Of a stretch of 64,000 nt of DNA, positions 9,723 to 19,712 are shown piece after piece. Source of the stretch: Gemmatimonas sp. (GTDB lineage: Bacteria; Gemmatimonadota; Gemmatimonadetes; Gemmatimonadales; Gemmatimonadaceae). Position numbers and translations under genes: made by a program. The number at the start of each line of letters is the position of its first letter. Position 1 is the stretch's first letter. The notes beneath the pieces are model-generated. The model made no database searches. It saw only the letters and a program-made list of their open reading frames with translations, and had not been told where the DNA came from. The stretch lies in the NCBI GenBank assembly GCA_031414535.1, contig JANNVQ010000034.1, forward strand, positions 30,594 to 94,593. The letters run 5' to 3'.

Positions 9723-10880
9723 ATGGCGTATCCCTACGACGTCGAGTCCGTCCGCCGGCGCGAGTACCCTTGGGAAGCGCGTGGCGAGGCCGTGCACTTC
9801 GATCACGCCAGCCTCGGAGTTATTCCCCAGCGCGCGCGCGATGCCGTGGCGGCCTACAACGACAAGCGCGCCGAGATGCACGCGATGGGGGCCGGGGATT
9901 TCTTCCCGGTGCTGGATCGCTCGCGCGCGTTGATTGCGCAGTTGATTGGCGCGAGCGCTGAGGAGATTGCGCTCACCACGAACACGAGCTGGGGCGTGAA
10001 CCTCGCGGCCTACGCACTCCCGCTTGGGCCCGGCGACATCGTGCTCGGTTCCGAGGGTGAGTTCCCGGCCAACGTGTATCCCTGGATGTCGGCGTCCAAG
10101 TCGCGCGGGTTTGCCTTTGAGTTGTTGCCAATGGCGGGATTGGAGATTGATGAAGCCGCGATTCTCAAGCGCATCGAGACCGACCCCCGCGTAAAGTGTG
10201 TGGCGCTGAGTTGGGTGTCGTTCTGGAGTGGGTATAAGATTGACGCGGCTACTATTGGTGCGGCCTGCCGTAAGCGCGGGATCTGGTTTGCGCTCGACGC
10301 CATCCAAGGCCTGGGGCCCTGCGTGTTCGATGTCCGCACGATGCCCGTGGACATCCTGTCATGCGGTGCACAGAAGTGGCTGTGCTCCCCTTGGGGTGCA
10401 GCCTTCGCTTATGTGCGGAAGGAACTCATTGAGCAGTTGGAGCCGCCGGCCACCGGTTGGCTCTCGCAGGCGAGTGCCGGTGACTTCGGGCGCTTCCTGG
10501 ACTACGACCCGGCGTGGCGGAGTGATGCACAGCGCTTTGAAGTGGGATCGCTGCCTATTCAGGATTTCGTGGGATTGAATGGCACGCTTGAGCTGATGCT
10601 CGAGATTGGGCCGCGAAACATCCAGGACTATGTGCTGGGGCTGAGCGGAGAGTTGTGGAACTGGGTGGCCTCGCGTGGCTTCAGCTTGCTCACGCGGCCG
10701 GAGGACGAGAGACGGGGCGCGATTGTCGCGTTCCGTACGCCCGACGTCGCGGCGGACTCAGGGCGGCTCCGGGCTGCCGGCGTGGTGCATTCGGTGCGCG
10801 AGGGTGCGATTCGCTTGGCGCCGCATTTTCACAACCTGCCAGGCGACTTGCTGCGCGTTGCGGACGCCCTCGGCGCTTAG
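9723..10880 (+). CDS. Class V PLP-dependent aminotransferase / cysteine desulfurase-like protein
   Basis: FDHAS, NTSWG, EFPANVYPW, DAIQGLG, PLP lysine in CGAQKWLC, RFEVGS, IRLAPHFHN. Confidence 0.88.
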   Translation: MAYPYDVESVRRREYPWEARGEAVHFDHASLGVIPQRARDAVAAYNDKRAEMHAMGAGDFFPVLDRSRALIAQLIGASAEEIALTTNTSWGVNLAAYALPLGPGDIVLGSEGEFPANVYPWMSASKSRGFAFELLPMAGLEIDEAAILKRIETDPRVKCVALSWVSFWSGYKIDAATIGAACRKRGIWFALDAIQGLGPCVFDVRTMPVDILSCGAQKWLCSPWGAAFAYVRKELIEQLEPPATGWLSQASAGDFGRFLDYDPAWRSDAQRFEVGSLPIQDFVGLNGTLELMLEIGPRNIQDYVLGLSGELWNWVASRGFSLLTRPEDERRGAIVAFRTPDVAADSGRLRAAGVVHSVREGAIRLAPHFHNLPGDLLRVADALGA

Positions 10881-10909
10881 AGCGCGCTTCAAAGGCGGTG
10901 CACGAGCGA

Positions 10910-12172
10910 TCAGCGCTCGCTACGGCACTCGGGAATCGGACGCAGGCCATCTAGCTGCGGCAGTACCCACCACGCCTGCGTCTCTACGTCGTCTGCGTCA
11001 CGGGTCGTTACCAGTGCGCCTTGCGGGCGCACCGCGAGCAATCGCGAACCGATTCGTAATTGTAGGCGCCAAGCACGAGTGCCGTGAACGTCCACGATGG
11101 TCCACTGGTCCGGTTCGCGCTGCGCCGACTCGCGAAATCTCTGCACCCAGATGGCACCGTCCGCGCTGGTGAGCACGCGGCCGAAGCTTGGGAGTCGAGC
11201 GGGGAAGCTCACGTGCTCGCGCAGCGCACGCTCGAATTGTGCGCGTGGGAACTCACTGTTCTGCGGCATGCGAGCCATCGTTTCGACGATGTACTGTTCC
11301 TTGCGTTGCGCGGTGACCACCGTCCCGGAGTCTCTCGGCGCGCGTACGTATGCGACGGTCGTGAACGCGCCGCTGCTGTCTGGCGCCTCGATCCGCAGTT
11401 CCCAGCGTTCGGGATATCCATACACCATGCAACGCCCATACGCGCGCCACTGCGCATTTGGCGCGAATGGTTGGCCGATGGTGTAGCCGCGCGGTAGCAC
11501 GCCGTCCGGCAGGCGCTCCGAAACACCGAACTGCCTTGGATCGCCAAGAGACGGTTTGTCACTGCCAATGATCAGCGTGCCGAGCCGGTAATTGATAGGG
11601 AAGAGACCTGGAGCTTTGACATCATCGTCCAAGCCAAACTCTGCTACGGCCAGCGTGTCTCCGCTGAGTCCAGTCCACACCGACAGTCCACTCTTGTCGG
11701 TGAACCGCGGGTACGGCGTGCTCCGTGCAAAGCGCAGATCCGTTCCGAGTCGCGAAAGCCGACCCGCCGAAATGTCCGCGACCCACAGTGAATCATCGGG
11801 CGACTGCCAAAGGGCGGAGAGCGAAGCGACTTCGCCCGGGCCCCGGCCCTGAGGCATCGCAACGCCCACGAAGGCGCCCGCCGAATCGAAGCTCGCGACG
11901 AGATTGCCGTCGCTGACCAGCGTCCGCCCATCGCGCAGTGGAATCATCATCTGCGGATTGTTGGCGAAGAGGTCTTCCGGTGCGCCCTTCAACACGACGG
12001 TATCCGTTGCGGTAATCTCCGCGTACGAACCGAGGCTGTCCTCGAGCGAAACGATTGAGCGTCCCGCGGAGTCGCTCCGGACTACGGACGCACTGATGAC
12101 GACTGCAGATTCGGCGCAGGCCGTGACGGCGAGCGTGGCGAGAATAAGGGGTGCACACCTTGTCATCCGCAT
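10910..12172 (-). CDS. Putative lipoprotein, beta-propeller-like
   Basis: Lipobox-like LAVTAC; GRGPGEV and DDSLWVAD segments resemble 6-bladed propeller lipoproteins. Confidence 0.6.
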   Translation of the reverse strand: MRMTRCAPLILATLAVTACAESAVVISASVVRSDSAGRSIVSLEDSLGSYAEITATDTVVLKGAPEDLFANNPQMMIPLRDGRTLVSDGNLVASFDSAGAFVGVAMPQGRGPGEVASLSALWQSPDDSLWVADISAGRLSRLGTDLRFARSTPYPRFTDKSGLSVWTGLSGDTLAVAEFGLDDDVKAPGLFPINYRLGTLIIGSDKPSLGDPRQFGVSERLPDGVLPRGYTIGQPFAPNAQWRAYGRCMVYGYPERWELRIEAPDSSGAFTTVAYVRAPRDSGTVVTAQRKEQYIVETMARMPQNSEFPRAQFERALREHVSFPARLPSFGRVLTSADGAIWVQRFRESAQREPDQWTIVDVHGTRAWRLQLRIGSRLLAVRPQGALVTTRDADDVETQAWWVLPQLDGLRPIPECRSER

Positions 12173-12264
12173 GTCGGCTCCATTTAAGGACGCCAGAATG
12201 TGCGGGGCGGGACATCTCGCGGCAATAGGCTTGGCTAAGCAAACAGAGGATGAGTAGGCCTCGT

Positions 12265-12270
12265 TAGATT
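12265..12270 (+). promoter_or_regulatory. -10 box of prfC, possibly leaderless
   Basis: TAGATT, 6 nt before GTG 12277. Confidence 0.5.
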
Positions 12271-12276
12271 TGACAG

Positions 12277-13953
12277 GTGACCGCCCCCGCCATCAGCACT
12301 GCCCCGCTCGCCGACCAGATCGCGCGCCGGCGCACCTTCGCCATCATCTCGCATCCCGACGCCGGCAAGACCACGCTGACGGAGAAGCTGCTGCTCTACG
12401 GCGGCGCTATTCATCAGGCCGGCTCCGTGAAGGCGCGTAAGGCCCAACGCCACGCCACTTCCGACTGGATGGCCCTCGAGCAGGAACGCGGCATCTCGGT
12501 CACGAGCTCGGTGCTGCAGTTCGAGTATCGCGGTTTCGCCGTCAACCTGCTCGATACGCCAGGCCACGCCGACTTCGGCGAAGACACCTTCCGCACGCTC
12601 GTTGCTGCCGACTCGGTCGTGATGCTGCTCGACAACCGTAAGGGCGTGGAAGAGCGCACGCGGCAGCTGTTCGACGTTTGCCGGCGTCGTCGTATGCCGA
12701 TCTTCACGGTGGTCAATAAGTGCGACCGCTACGGCGAAGATCCGCTCAAGCTCATCTCCGACCTAGAAGCCGACCTCGGCATCATCGCCGTCGCCGCGCA
12801 CTGGCCGATCCACATGAGCGATCCGGTGCTCGGCACGCAGTTCCGCGGGGTGTATGACCGTCGCCACAAGCGCGCGTTCCTGTTTGAGCGGGACGAGCGG
12901 CACGGCGCGGACAAGGTCGAGACCAGGACGCTGCAACTCACCGGCCCCGACGACACCGCCTTGCTCGATGCGCTCGGCGGTACGGACGAAGCGCTGCAGG
13001 CGGTGGAGAAGCTCGCGCACGACATCGAACTGCTCGACATGGCCGGTCACGAGTTTGATCCTGCTGCCATCATCAGTGGCGAGATGACGCCGGTGTACTT
13101 CGCGTCGGCGCTGACCAACTTTGGCGTTGAGCCGTTCCTCGAAGACTTTCTGCCCATCGCGCCGAGCCCGGTGGGACGCGAGAGCAATGCCGGCGTGATT
13201 GAGCCCTCGGAGGAAGTGTTCACGGCATTCGTGTTCAAGGTGCAGGCCAACATGGATCCGCGGCATCGCGACCGCGTGGCCTTCCTGCGCGTGTGCAGCG
13301 GTCGCTACACGGCGGGCCTCGAGGTCACGCACGTGCGCACTGGCAAAACCTTCAAACTCGCACCGCCCCAGCAGTTCCTCGGACGAGAGCGCGCCTTCGC
13401 CGAAGAAGCCTTGCCTGGTGATGTCGTCGGGGTGCATGATCGCGGCAGCCTGCGCATTGGCGATACGCTGGCCGCCAACGGTGCGCCCAAGGCCCCCGGT
13501 GGAAAGCTGCTTGAGTACGTGGGCATTCCACGGTTCGCGCCGCAGCACTTCGCGCGCATCCTCTCCAAGGACCCATTGCGTCGCAAGGCGCTCGACAAGG
13601 GACTGCGAGAATTGTCGGATGAAGGCGCGGCGCAGGCCTTCTTCGCCGAGTCGGCGATGGGTCCCGTGCCGATTGTTGGCGCGGTTGGTATGCTGCAGTT
13701 CGACGTCATGGTGCACCGGCTCGAGAACGAGTACGGCGCGCCCTGCACGCTCGACAACTTGCCCTATCGCTTTCCGCGCTGGGTGACGGGACCCGAGGAT
13801 GTCATCACTCGCTTAGGTGAGGCGCAAGATATGACGTTGCTCGTAGACTCCAAGGACAATCGCGTACTCGTGTTCCGCGATGAGTGGCGCCTGCGATGGG
13901 CCCAGGAGAAGGGCGTGGAGCAGGGGCTCACGTTCCATACTGAGGCGCCGTAA
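12277..13953 (+). CDS. prfC: Peptide chain release factor 3
   Basis: RRTFAIISHPDAGKTTLTEKLLL, SDWM..E.ERGIS, DTPGH, NKCD, FK.QANMDP.HRDR. Confidence 0.97.
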   Translation: MTAPAISTAPLADQIARRRTFAIISHPDAGKTTLTEKLLLYGGAIHQAGSVKARKAQRHATSDWMALEQERGISVTSSVLQFEYRGFAVNLLDTPGHADFGEDTFRTLVAADSVVMLLDNRKGVEERTRQLFDVCRRRRMPIFTVVNKCDRYGEDPLKLISDLEADLGIIAVAAHWPIHMSDPVLGTQFRGVYDRRHKRAFLFERDERHGADKVETRTLQLTGPDDTALLDALGGTDEALQAVEKLAHDIELLDMAGHEFDPAAIISGEMTPVYFASALTNFGVEPFLEDFLPIAPSPVGRESNAGVIEPSEEVFTAFVFKVQANMDPRHRDRVAFLRVCSGRYTAGLEVTHVRTGKTFKLAPPQQFLGRERAFAEEALPGDVVGVHDRGSLRIGDTLAANGAPKAPGGKLLEYVGIPRFAPQHFARILSKDPLRRKALDKGLRELSDEGAAQAFFAESAMGPVPIVGAVGMLQFDVMVHRLENEYGAPCTLDNLPYRFPRWVTGPEDVITRLGEAQDMTLLVDSKDNRVLVFRDEWRLRWAQEKGVEQGLTFHTEAP

Positions 13954-13993
13954 CCGGCGCCTGAGCAGCGCCGGGCGCAACGGTTACGGCGCC
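13944..13993. terminator. Inverted repeat between convergent genes
   Basis: GGCGCCGTAACCG (13944-13956) and CGGTTACGGCGCC (13981-13993) form a perfect 13-bp inverted repeat. Confidence 0.5.
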
Positions 13994-14011
13994 GAGGCTG
14001 CCCGGTGACAT

Positions 14012-16282
14012 TCACCGCGGCACACGAAGCAGGCGATTGATCGCCCCGTTGAGATCGATCTCTCGGAAGGGCTTCGCGAGGAACTCCGAGTTTCCCGCGT
14101 GGAGGAACGCGTTCAGTTCGTCGCTGCCTTTGGCGCCCGAAACAAACAATACCGGCACCTGGGGGCAGACGGCGCGCAGATGGGCGGCGAGTTCCTCACC
14201 GCGCATGCCGGGCATGTCAAGGTCCGTCACGACCAGCTGAGGCGTTGGGTCGTTCTGACTGAAAGCGCGTGCGGCCTCGTGTCCATTGGCGGCGGTGACG
14301 ACGGCGTGACCGAGCCGCCTGATCAGCCGCTCGGAGATTCGACGGATGAGTGGATCATCATCCACGAGGAGCACCGTGACCCCTGCGCCTGGTCTGGCTA
14401 CTGATGGAGAATCAACTATCGCTTCCTCACTCGCCGCATCGACGAGCGGAAACCGCAACAGAAAGGTCGAACCGAGCCCAACGGCGCTGCGCAGTTCGAT
14501 CGTACCGCCGTTCTTCAGGACGAGATCGCGGACCATCGCGAGCCCCAATCCCGTGCCACGACCACTCTCCTTTGTCGTGAAGAACGGTTCGAACACCTTC
14601 TCGGTCAGGCTCTCAGGAATACCGATTCCGGTGTCATTGACAGAGAGCTCCGCGTGAACGACGCCATCCAAGTCTTTCGTCCGCAAGCCCAGTGAGAGCA
14701 TACCGCCCGCAGGCATCGCATCGCGCGCGTTTATCGCCAGGTTCAGCAGTATCTGTTCGATATTTCCCTTGTCTGCGCGGATTCTGACGGGCGCCTTCGA
14801 CTCTGCAACCGAGAGGCGGATATCGGGATTGCCAAGCAGCCGGATGAGCATCTGTCCGACGTCGTGTAGCACCACTGTCAGGTCGACGATGGTGCGTGTG
14901 CCACTGCTGGGGCGGCTGAACCCGAGCAATTGACTGGTCAACCCGGCCCCGCGGTAGGCAGCGTCCCGCGCAGTTTGCAGGTCGACCGCCACGGGTGTCG
15001 TGTTTCCGATGTCGTCCAATGCGAGCTCTACGCTGAGGGTGATGACGGAAAGCAAATTGTTGAAGTCGTGGGCAATTCCACTGGCAAGGTTTCCCACGAC
15101 TTGCATTTTCTGGGATTGGCGCAGCTGCGACTCCATTCGTCGGCTTTCCGTGAGGTCGCGGACAACAACTGCAGTGCCATTTGGAATTCCGTCGGCGTCG
15201 CAAGTCGGGGAGAGGTGCACCTCGATCACGAGCGGCTGGCCTTGGTTGTTCGTGGTGAACACCTCGCGAATCTGGTGCCGCAGTTCGGGAGACTCGACCG
15301 CGCTCAGCGCGACCTGTTCGCCACGGTCATCCACGGTGACGAACGGGAGCGCCTGGCCTACACACTGCTCCGATGACCACCCGAAGACCGTTTCTGCAGC
15401 GGGGTTCCACAACTGAACGCAGCCATCGGCATCAAGGACAATCATCGGCAACGGCGTGGATTCCACCATGGCCGAAATGAGCGCTTGGGCTTCAGACCTC
15501 TGCCGCTCGGCTCGCATCTCCCCGGAGATATCCACGGCGATGGCGACGCCGGCGAACTCGGAGCCCTCCAAGCGCGACGCTGACATCAACACGGACACTC
15601 GCCGCCCGGAGGGGTGTAGAAATTCCTTTCGGTATGGTGGGCAACTGCCCGTTGCCGTCAGCGACGCGACCGCAGCCTGATCTGCCGCCGCGAATGCCGC
15701 GGGGGTTGCCCGCACCCAGTCCAGCGATCCGTCGTTCAGCTGCTGTCGAGTAAAGCCAATCATGTCCAGAAAAGCGTCGTTCGCATCCACGATGCGGTAT
15801 GCGGCATCCCAAAAGGCGATTCCTACGACGTTGCTCTCGTAGACGCGCCGAAAGCGCATCTGACTCGCTCGCAGCGCGAACTCAGTGGCGCGACCCTTCC
15901 GTCGGATTCTTGCGTCGCGCAACTCGCGCTCCGCGGCCGGGACCAGGCGATGCATATGCTGCTTGAGCACATAGTCGTGCGCGCCGGCCCGCATTGCCGC
16001 AACGGCGTATTCCTCGCCCATCGAGCCAGACACAAAGATCACCGGAACCTCAGCGTCGTGTTCCTTCACGATCTGCAAGGCATCAGGGCCGGTGAACCCG
16101 GGCAAGTCATAGTCGCAAAGCACGAGTTCCCAGCGATCCGAAGCAAGCGCGTCACGCAGCGATGGCGCGCTATCGACGCGCTTCGTCCGGATGGGAAGTC
16201 CCCCCGCGCGCAGGACACGCTCGACCAGCAGCGCATCGTTCGCGTTGTCCTCCACCAAGAGTACGCTGATGGCGCCGCTCAT
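14012..16282 (-). CDS. Hybrid sensor histidine kinase (REC-PAS-PAS-HisKA-HATPase-REC)
   Basis: N-terminal LLVED receiver, two PAS domains, AHDFNNLL, NLAINARDAM, PFFTTK..G.GTGLGL, C-terminal LLVDD receiver. Confidence 0.93.
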   Translation of the reverse strand: MSGAISVLLVEDNANDALLVERVLRAGGLPIRTKRVDSAPSLRDALASDRWELVLCDYDLPGFTGPDALQIVKEHDAEVPVIFVSGSMGEEYAVAAMRAGAHDYVLKQHMHRLVPAAERELRDARIRRKGRATEFALRASQMRFRRVYESNVVGIAFWDAAYRIVDANDAFLDMIGFTRQQLNDGSLDWVRATPAAFAAADQAAVASLTATGSCPPYRKEFLHPSGRRVSVLMSASRLEGSEFAGVAIAVDISGEMRAERQRSEAQALISAMVESTPLPMIVLDADGCVQLWNPAAETVFGWSSEQCVGQALPFVTVDDRGEQVALSAVESPELRHQIREVFTTNNQGQPLVIEVHLSPTCDADGIPNGTAVVVRDLTESRRMESQLRQSQKMQVVGNLASGIAHDFNNLLSVITLSVELALDDIGNTTPVAVDLQTARDAAYRGAGLTSQLLGFSRPSSGTRTIVDLTVVLHDVGQMLIRLLGNPDIRLSVAESKAPVRIRADKGNIEQILLNLAINARDAMPAGGMLSLGLRTKDLDGVVHAELSVNDTGIGIPESLTEKVFEPFFTTKESGRGTGLGLAMVRDLVLKNGGTIELRSAVGLGSTFLLRFPLVDAASEEAIVDSPSVARPGAGVTVLLVDDDPLIRRISERLIRRLGHAVVTAANGHEAARAFSQNDPTPQLVVTDLDMPGMRGEELAAHLRAVCPQVPVLFVSGAKGSDELNAFLHAGNSEFLAKPFREIDLNGAINRLLRVPR

Positions 16283-16731
16283 AAAGTCCTTGGGGGTGGT
16301 TCATTGAGAATGAGCCAGAACAGGCCAAGCGACCGCACGGCTTGCGCGAACTCTTGGAACTCCAGTGGCTTGCGCACATAGCTGTTTGCTCCTAGCCCGT
16401 AGCTTCGCACGATGTCCGCCTCCTCAGCCGAGGACGTCAGCACGACGACGGGGAGCAGTCGCGTTCGCGAATCAGCACGAATCGCCTCCAAGACCTCGAG
16501 GCCGCTCACCTTGGGCAGCTTGAGGTCCAACAGCACGACTCGCGGCGGTGGCGACGACCCAGGCTCCGTAAAGCGACCCCGCCGAAAGAGGTAGTCAAGC
16601 GCTTGCACACCATCGGAAACCGCGACCAATGGATTGGCAATGTTGTGCTGTCGCATCGCACGAGCGGTGAGCTCTTGGTCGTCAAGGTTGTCCTCGACGA
16701 GCAGGATGGTGTCCAGGAATCGTTCGGTCAT
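16279..16731 (-). CDS. Single-domain response regulator (Rcp1-like)
   Basis: ILLVEDN.DD, LLDLKLPKVSG, LTSS, SY.LGANSYVRKP; ATG 16731 overlaps the upstream kinase stop. Confidence 0.93.
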   Translation of the reverse strand: MTERFLDTILLVEDNLDDQELTARAMRQHNIANPLVAVSDGVQALDYLFRRGRFTEPGSSPPPRVVLLDLKLPKVSGLEVLEAIRADSRTRLLPVVVLTSSAEEADIVRSYGLGANSYVRKPLEFQEFAQAVRSLGLFWLILNEPPPRTL

Positions 16732-18983
16732 GACGTTGCCTCTCCCGTCCCGAGCGTGAAATGAAACGCGGCGCCTTTGCCGACGGCGCTCTCCGCCCAC
16801 ACCTTGCCCCCGTGTCGGTGCACGATGCGCTGCACGATCGCCAGCCCGACGCCGGTGCCCGGAAATTCCTCTTCACTGTGCAGGCGTTGAAAGACACCAA
16901 AGAGCTTGTTGGAGAACCGTGGATCAAATCCGACACCGTTGTCTTTGAACGTGACGACAACATCGGCACCGCTCGTCTCATACGAGAGTTCGATTCTCGG
17001 AGCGCTCGCCTTCGCCGTGAACTTCCACGCATTCTCCACCAAGTTCTGGATGACCTGACGCAACAGGCGTTCGTCGCCCTCGACGCGTAAGGATTCGGGA
17101 TGTTGAAAGTCAACCTCGCGCCTAGGCTCGTGCTGGCGAAGCTCAGCGATTGCGCTAAGGGTGAGCGGTACGAGATCAACGGGCTGACGCAGGAGGCTGG
17201 TACGGGAGACACGCGAGAGTTCGAGCAGGTCGTCAATCAGGTGACTCATCCGCTGCGCTGCGCTGTTGACCCGACGGGCATAGTTTTGGCCCTCGCTGTT
17301 GAGCTGCGGCGAGTGATCTTCCAAGAGGGCTTGGGTGAAGCCGTGAATGCTGCGCAGCGGCGCGCGAAGGTCGTGCGATACCGAGTAGGAAAAGGCCGCT
17401 AGCTCAGCGTTCGCCTCCTCAAGTTGTTGCGCGTGCTGGGCAAGCTTGTCCGAGAGCCTTCGCCGCTCGGTGATGTCTCGGAGGATGGCTGCCACCGCGT
17501 GAGAACTACCCTGCGCCCATCCCGTCACGCTGATTTCGGCAGGAAACAGGGTACCATCCCTGCGCAGCGCGCTCACCTCGCGAAGAGTATTCATCGCCCG
17601 TCCAACGCCGGTGCGCATGTAATGACCGTGCCCTTCCGCGTGCGCACTCCGGTGATGTGGCGGCACCAGCACGGTCACCGGCTGGCCGCGCAAGGCGCCG
17701 GGTTCGTACCCAAACAGTCGCTCGCCAGCCGAATTGATGTACGAGATGCGCCCATCCCCATCGCTGATGATGATGGCATCAGGAGTAGAAGTCGCCAGCT
17801 GACGAAAGCGCTCTTCGCTTTCTGACAGCTGAGAGATCAGGGTCTCCAGCTGGGCCGTTCGCTCGGAGACGCGGGCCTCAAGGCTGCGACGACTCTCCGC
17901 AATCTGCGCAGCCATTCTATTAAATGAGCGACTCAGGCTCCCCACTTCGGCCGGCCCCGTTTCCGTGACGCGTCGCGACAGGTCCCCGCTCGCCACCGCC
18001 TCCGCTGCAGTCGTGAGCTCTGTCAAGGGAGAGGTGAGCGCACGGCTGAGCATGGTACCGAATCCGGCACCGATGGCGACAACCAATAGGCCACCCCAGA
18101 GCAATTCCTTAAGAAAGGGCCGCGTGGAGGCCAACGCGAGCGCCCTTGGTGTTTCCACCCACACGTGCCAAGGTGTGCCAGCGACTCTCGTGCCGCGGCC
18201 GAACATTTCGCGGCCGTCCGCGGCTTTGTACACAAGGGCGGAATCGCTTCGATACACCGCTGCGCTCGGGCCGAGCTGTCCACCTCGCAAATCCGACCAG
18301 CCGGTAGGTGCACTGCCGACGCTAAAGCGCGAATCCTGCCCAATCAGATTGTTGATCAGCCGCACCGTCTGTCGGCTCGCGGGAACCAGCCGCCGCCGCC
18401 GAACCACATAACCTGCAGGATCCTCAGCGGCGCCCACGGACGCAGCTAAGTCGATCCACTGAATCGAGTCGGCGAACTGTATCTCGGAGATCCAAGCGCC
18501 AGTGGAATCAGCCTCGTTCCATTTGGGAGCGCGTCGAAGTGCCGGCGGAACCGTCAGCGAATCCGCGGACGCCTCGACGGCGAGCATCACGGCGCCGTCT
18601 CTTGAAATCAGTTCGATGCCGTCGGCCTGACTGGATTCTCTCTGTAATTCTTGGAGCGCTGCGCGGGCGGCTGGCTCCGCGCGGCGGTCGCCGCGCAGGT
18701 AGGCCAAGAGGGCTCGATGGTCGGCTGCGTCTCGAACGGCCGCCAGTCGAGCCCGAGGACTCACCTCTAGAGCGCGCGCCAGTTCGCCCACCGGCGCACG
18801 TAAGCGCTCGCCCACAGCTTCCTCGGCGAGGCGCCGCACTTCCACGTTGGCGACGAGCGCCAGGGCTCCGGCGGTGCTCCCGAGCACCACCACCACGGCA
18901 AGTGGCAGGACCCAAGTCAGTCGGAACCGACCTGGGGGTTCTGTGCGCTTGGGCGAAGTGATGGCCGGGGGGGAATCTTCCAC
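16728..18983 (-). CDS. Membrane sensor histidine kinase (periplasmic domain-HAMP-PAS-HisKA-HATPase)
   Basis: Two TM segments, HAMP, PAS, SYSVSHDLRAPLR, NAWKFT, DNGVGF, FQRLH...EFPGTGVGLA. Confidence 0.93.
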   Translation of the reverse strand: MEDSPPAITSPKRTEPPGRFRLTWVLPLAVVVVLGSTAGALALVANVEVRRLAEEAVGERLRAPVGELARALEVSPRARLAAVRDAADHRALLAYLRGDRRAEPAARAALQELQRESSQADGIELISRDGAVMLAVEASADSLTVPPALRRAPKWNEADSTGAWISEIQFADSIQWIDLAASVGAAEDPAGYVVRRRRLVPASRQTVRLINNLIGQDSRFSVGSAPTGWSDLRGGQLGPSAAVYRSDSALVYKAADGREMFGRGTRVAGTPWHVWVETPRALALASTRPFLKELLWGGLLVVAIGAGFGTMLSRALTSPLTELTTAAEAVASGDLSRRVTETGPAEVGSLSRSFNRMAAQIAESRRSLEARVSERTAQLETLISQLSESEERFRQLATSTPDAIIISDGDGRISYINSAGERLFGYEPGALRGQPVTVLVPPHHRSAHAEGHGHYMRTGVGRAMNTLREVSALRRDGTLFPAEISVTGWAQGSSHAVAAILRDITERRRLSDKLAQHAQQLEEANAELAAFSYSVSHDLRAPLRSIHGFTQALLEDHSPQLNSEGQNYARRVNSAAQRMSHLIDDLLELSRVSRTSLLRQPVDLVPLTLSAIAELRQHEPRREVDFQHPESLRVEGDERLLRQVIQNLVENAWKFTAKASAPRIELSYETSGADVVVTFKDNGVGFDPRFSNKLFGVFQRLHSEEEFPGTGVGLAIVQRIVHRHGGKVWAESAVGKGAAFHFTLGTGEATS

Positions 18984-19017
18984 ACCGCACGATGCGCTGG
19001 AACCGAGGCCCCGACCA

Positions 19018-19055
19018 CGAGGCGTTTCCCTTAAGACACCTGAGGAAATTCCCTA
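19018..19055. promoter_or_regulatory. Two imperfect palindromic boxes, candidate NarL/LuxR-type sites
   Basis: TGAGGAAATTCCCTA (19041-19055) and the related CGAGGCGTTTCCCTT (19018-19032), lying between the LuxR regulator and the next kinase. Confidence 0.35.
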
Positions 19056-19712
19056 AACGTCGGCATCGTGCGTCAGGTCGACCAGTCCGTGAAGAATTGC
19101 ATAGCGGACGAGGCCTGGAACATCCCGAATCCCGAGGCGGTCCATCAGTTGGCTCCGATGCGCCTCCACGGTCTTTGGACTCAAGCCGAGTTCAGCTGCG
19201 GCCCGCTTTGTGCTGGCGCCTGAGGCAATCAAGCGTAAGACGTCACGCTGTCGACGTGTCAGCATGCATTCGGAGGAGCGGGCGCTGCGCGAGTCTTGGC
19301 CTGAGGAAAGCCGATGCTCTGCTGCAAGGCCGCGGGACAGGTAGTTCTCACCTGCAGCGACGGCTCGAAGCGCGAGGCCAAACTCGACGACATCCGCACT
19401 TTTGAGAACGTAGCCCATCGCGCCCAACTTGAGCGCTTCACTGACATACTCATCGCTGCGATGCGCCGTAAGCATCAGACAGCGAGTTCGAGGATGCTCG
19501 GCCACGATTCGGCGCAAGGCCTCCAAACCGCCACATAGCGGCATCGAGACATCCAGAATCGCCACGTCCGGTGCCAACGCAGCGACAGCCTCGACGGCGG
19601 CGAGACCATCGGAAACTTCTGCAATGACGGCTACGTCCCCCGTGAGCTCAAGGATTGAGCGGATGCCTGCTCGCACCAACGCGTGGTCCTCTGCAAGAAT
19701 GACTCGAATCAT
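19053..19712 (-). CDS. NarL/LuxR family response regulator
   Basis: ILAEDH.LVR.GI receiver; LT.RQ..VL.LIA.G...K..A..L.LS.KTVE.HR..LM..L HTH. Confidence 0.95.
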   Translation of the reverse strand: MIRVILAEDHALVRAGIRSILELTGDVAVIAEVSDGLAAVEAVAALAPDVAILDVSMPLCGGLEALRRIVAEHPRTRCLMLTAHRSDEYVSEALKLGAMGYVLKSADVVEFGLALRAVAAGENYLSRGLAAEHRLSSGQDSRSARSSECMLTRRQRDVLRLIASGASTKRAAAELGLSPKTVEAHRSQLMDRLGIRDVPGLVRYAILHGLVDLTHDADV

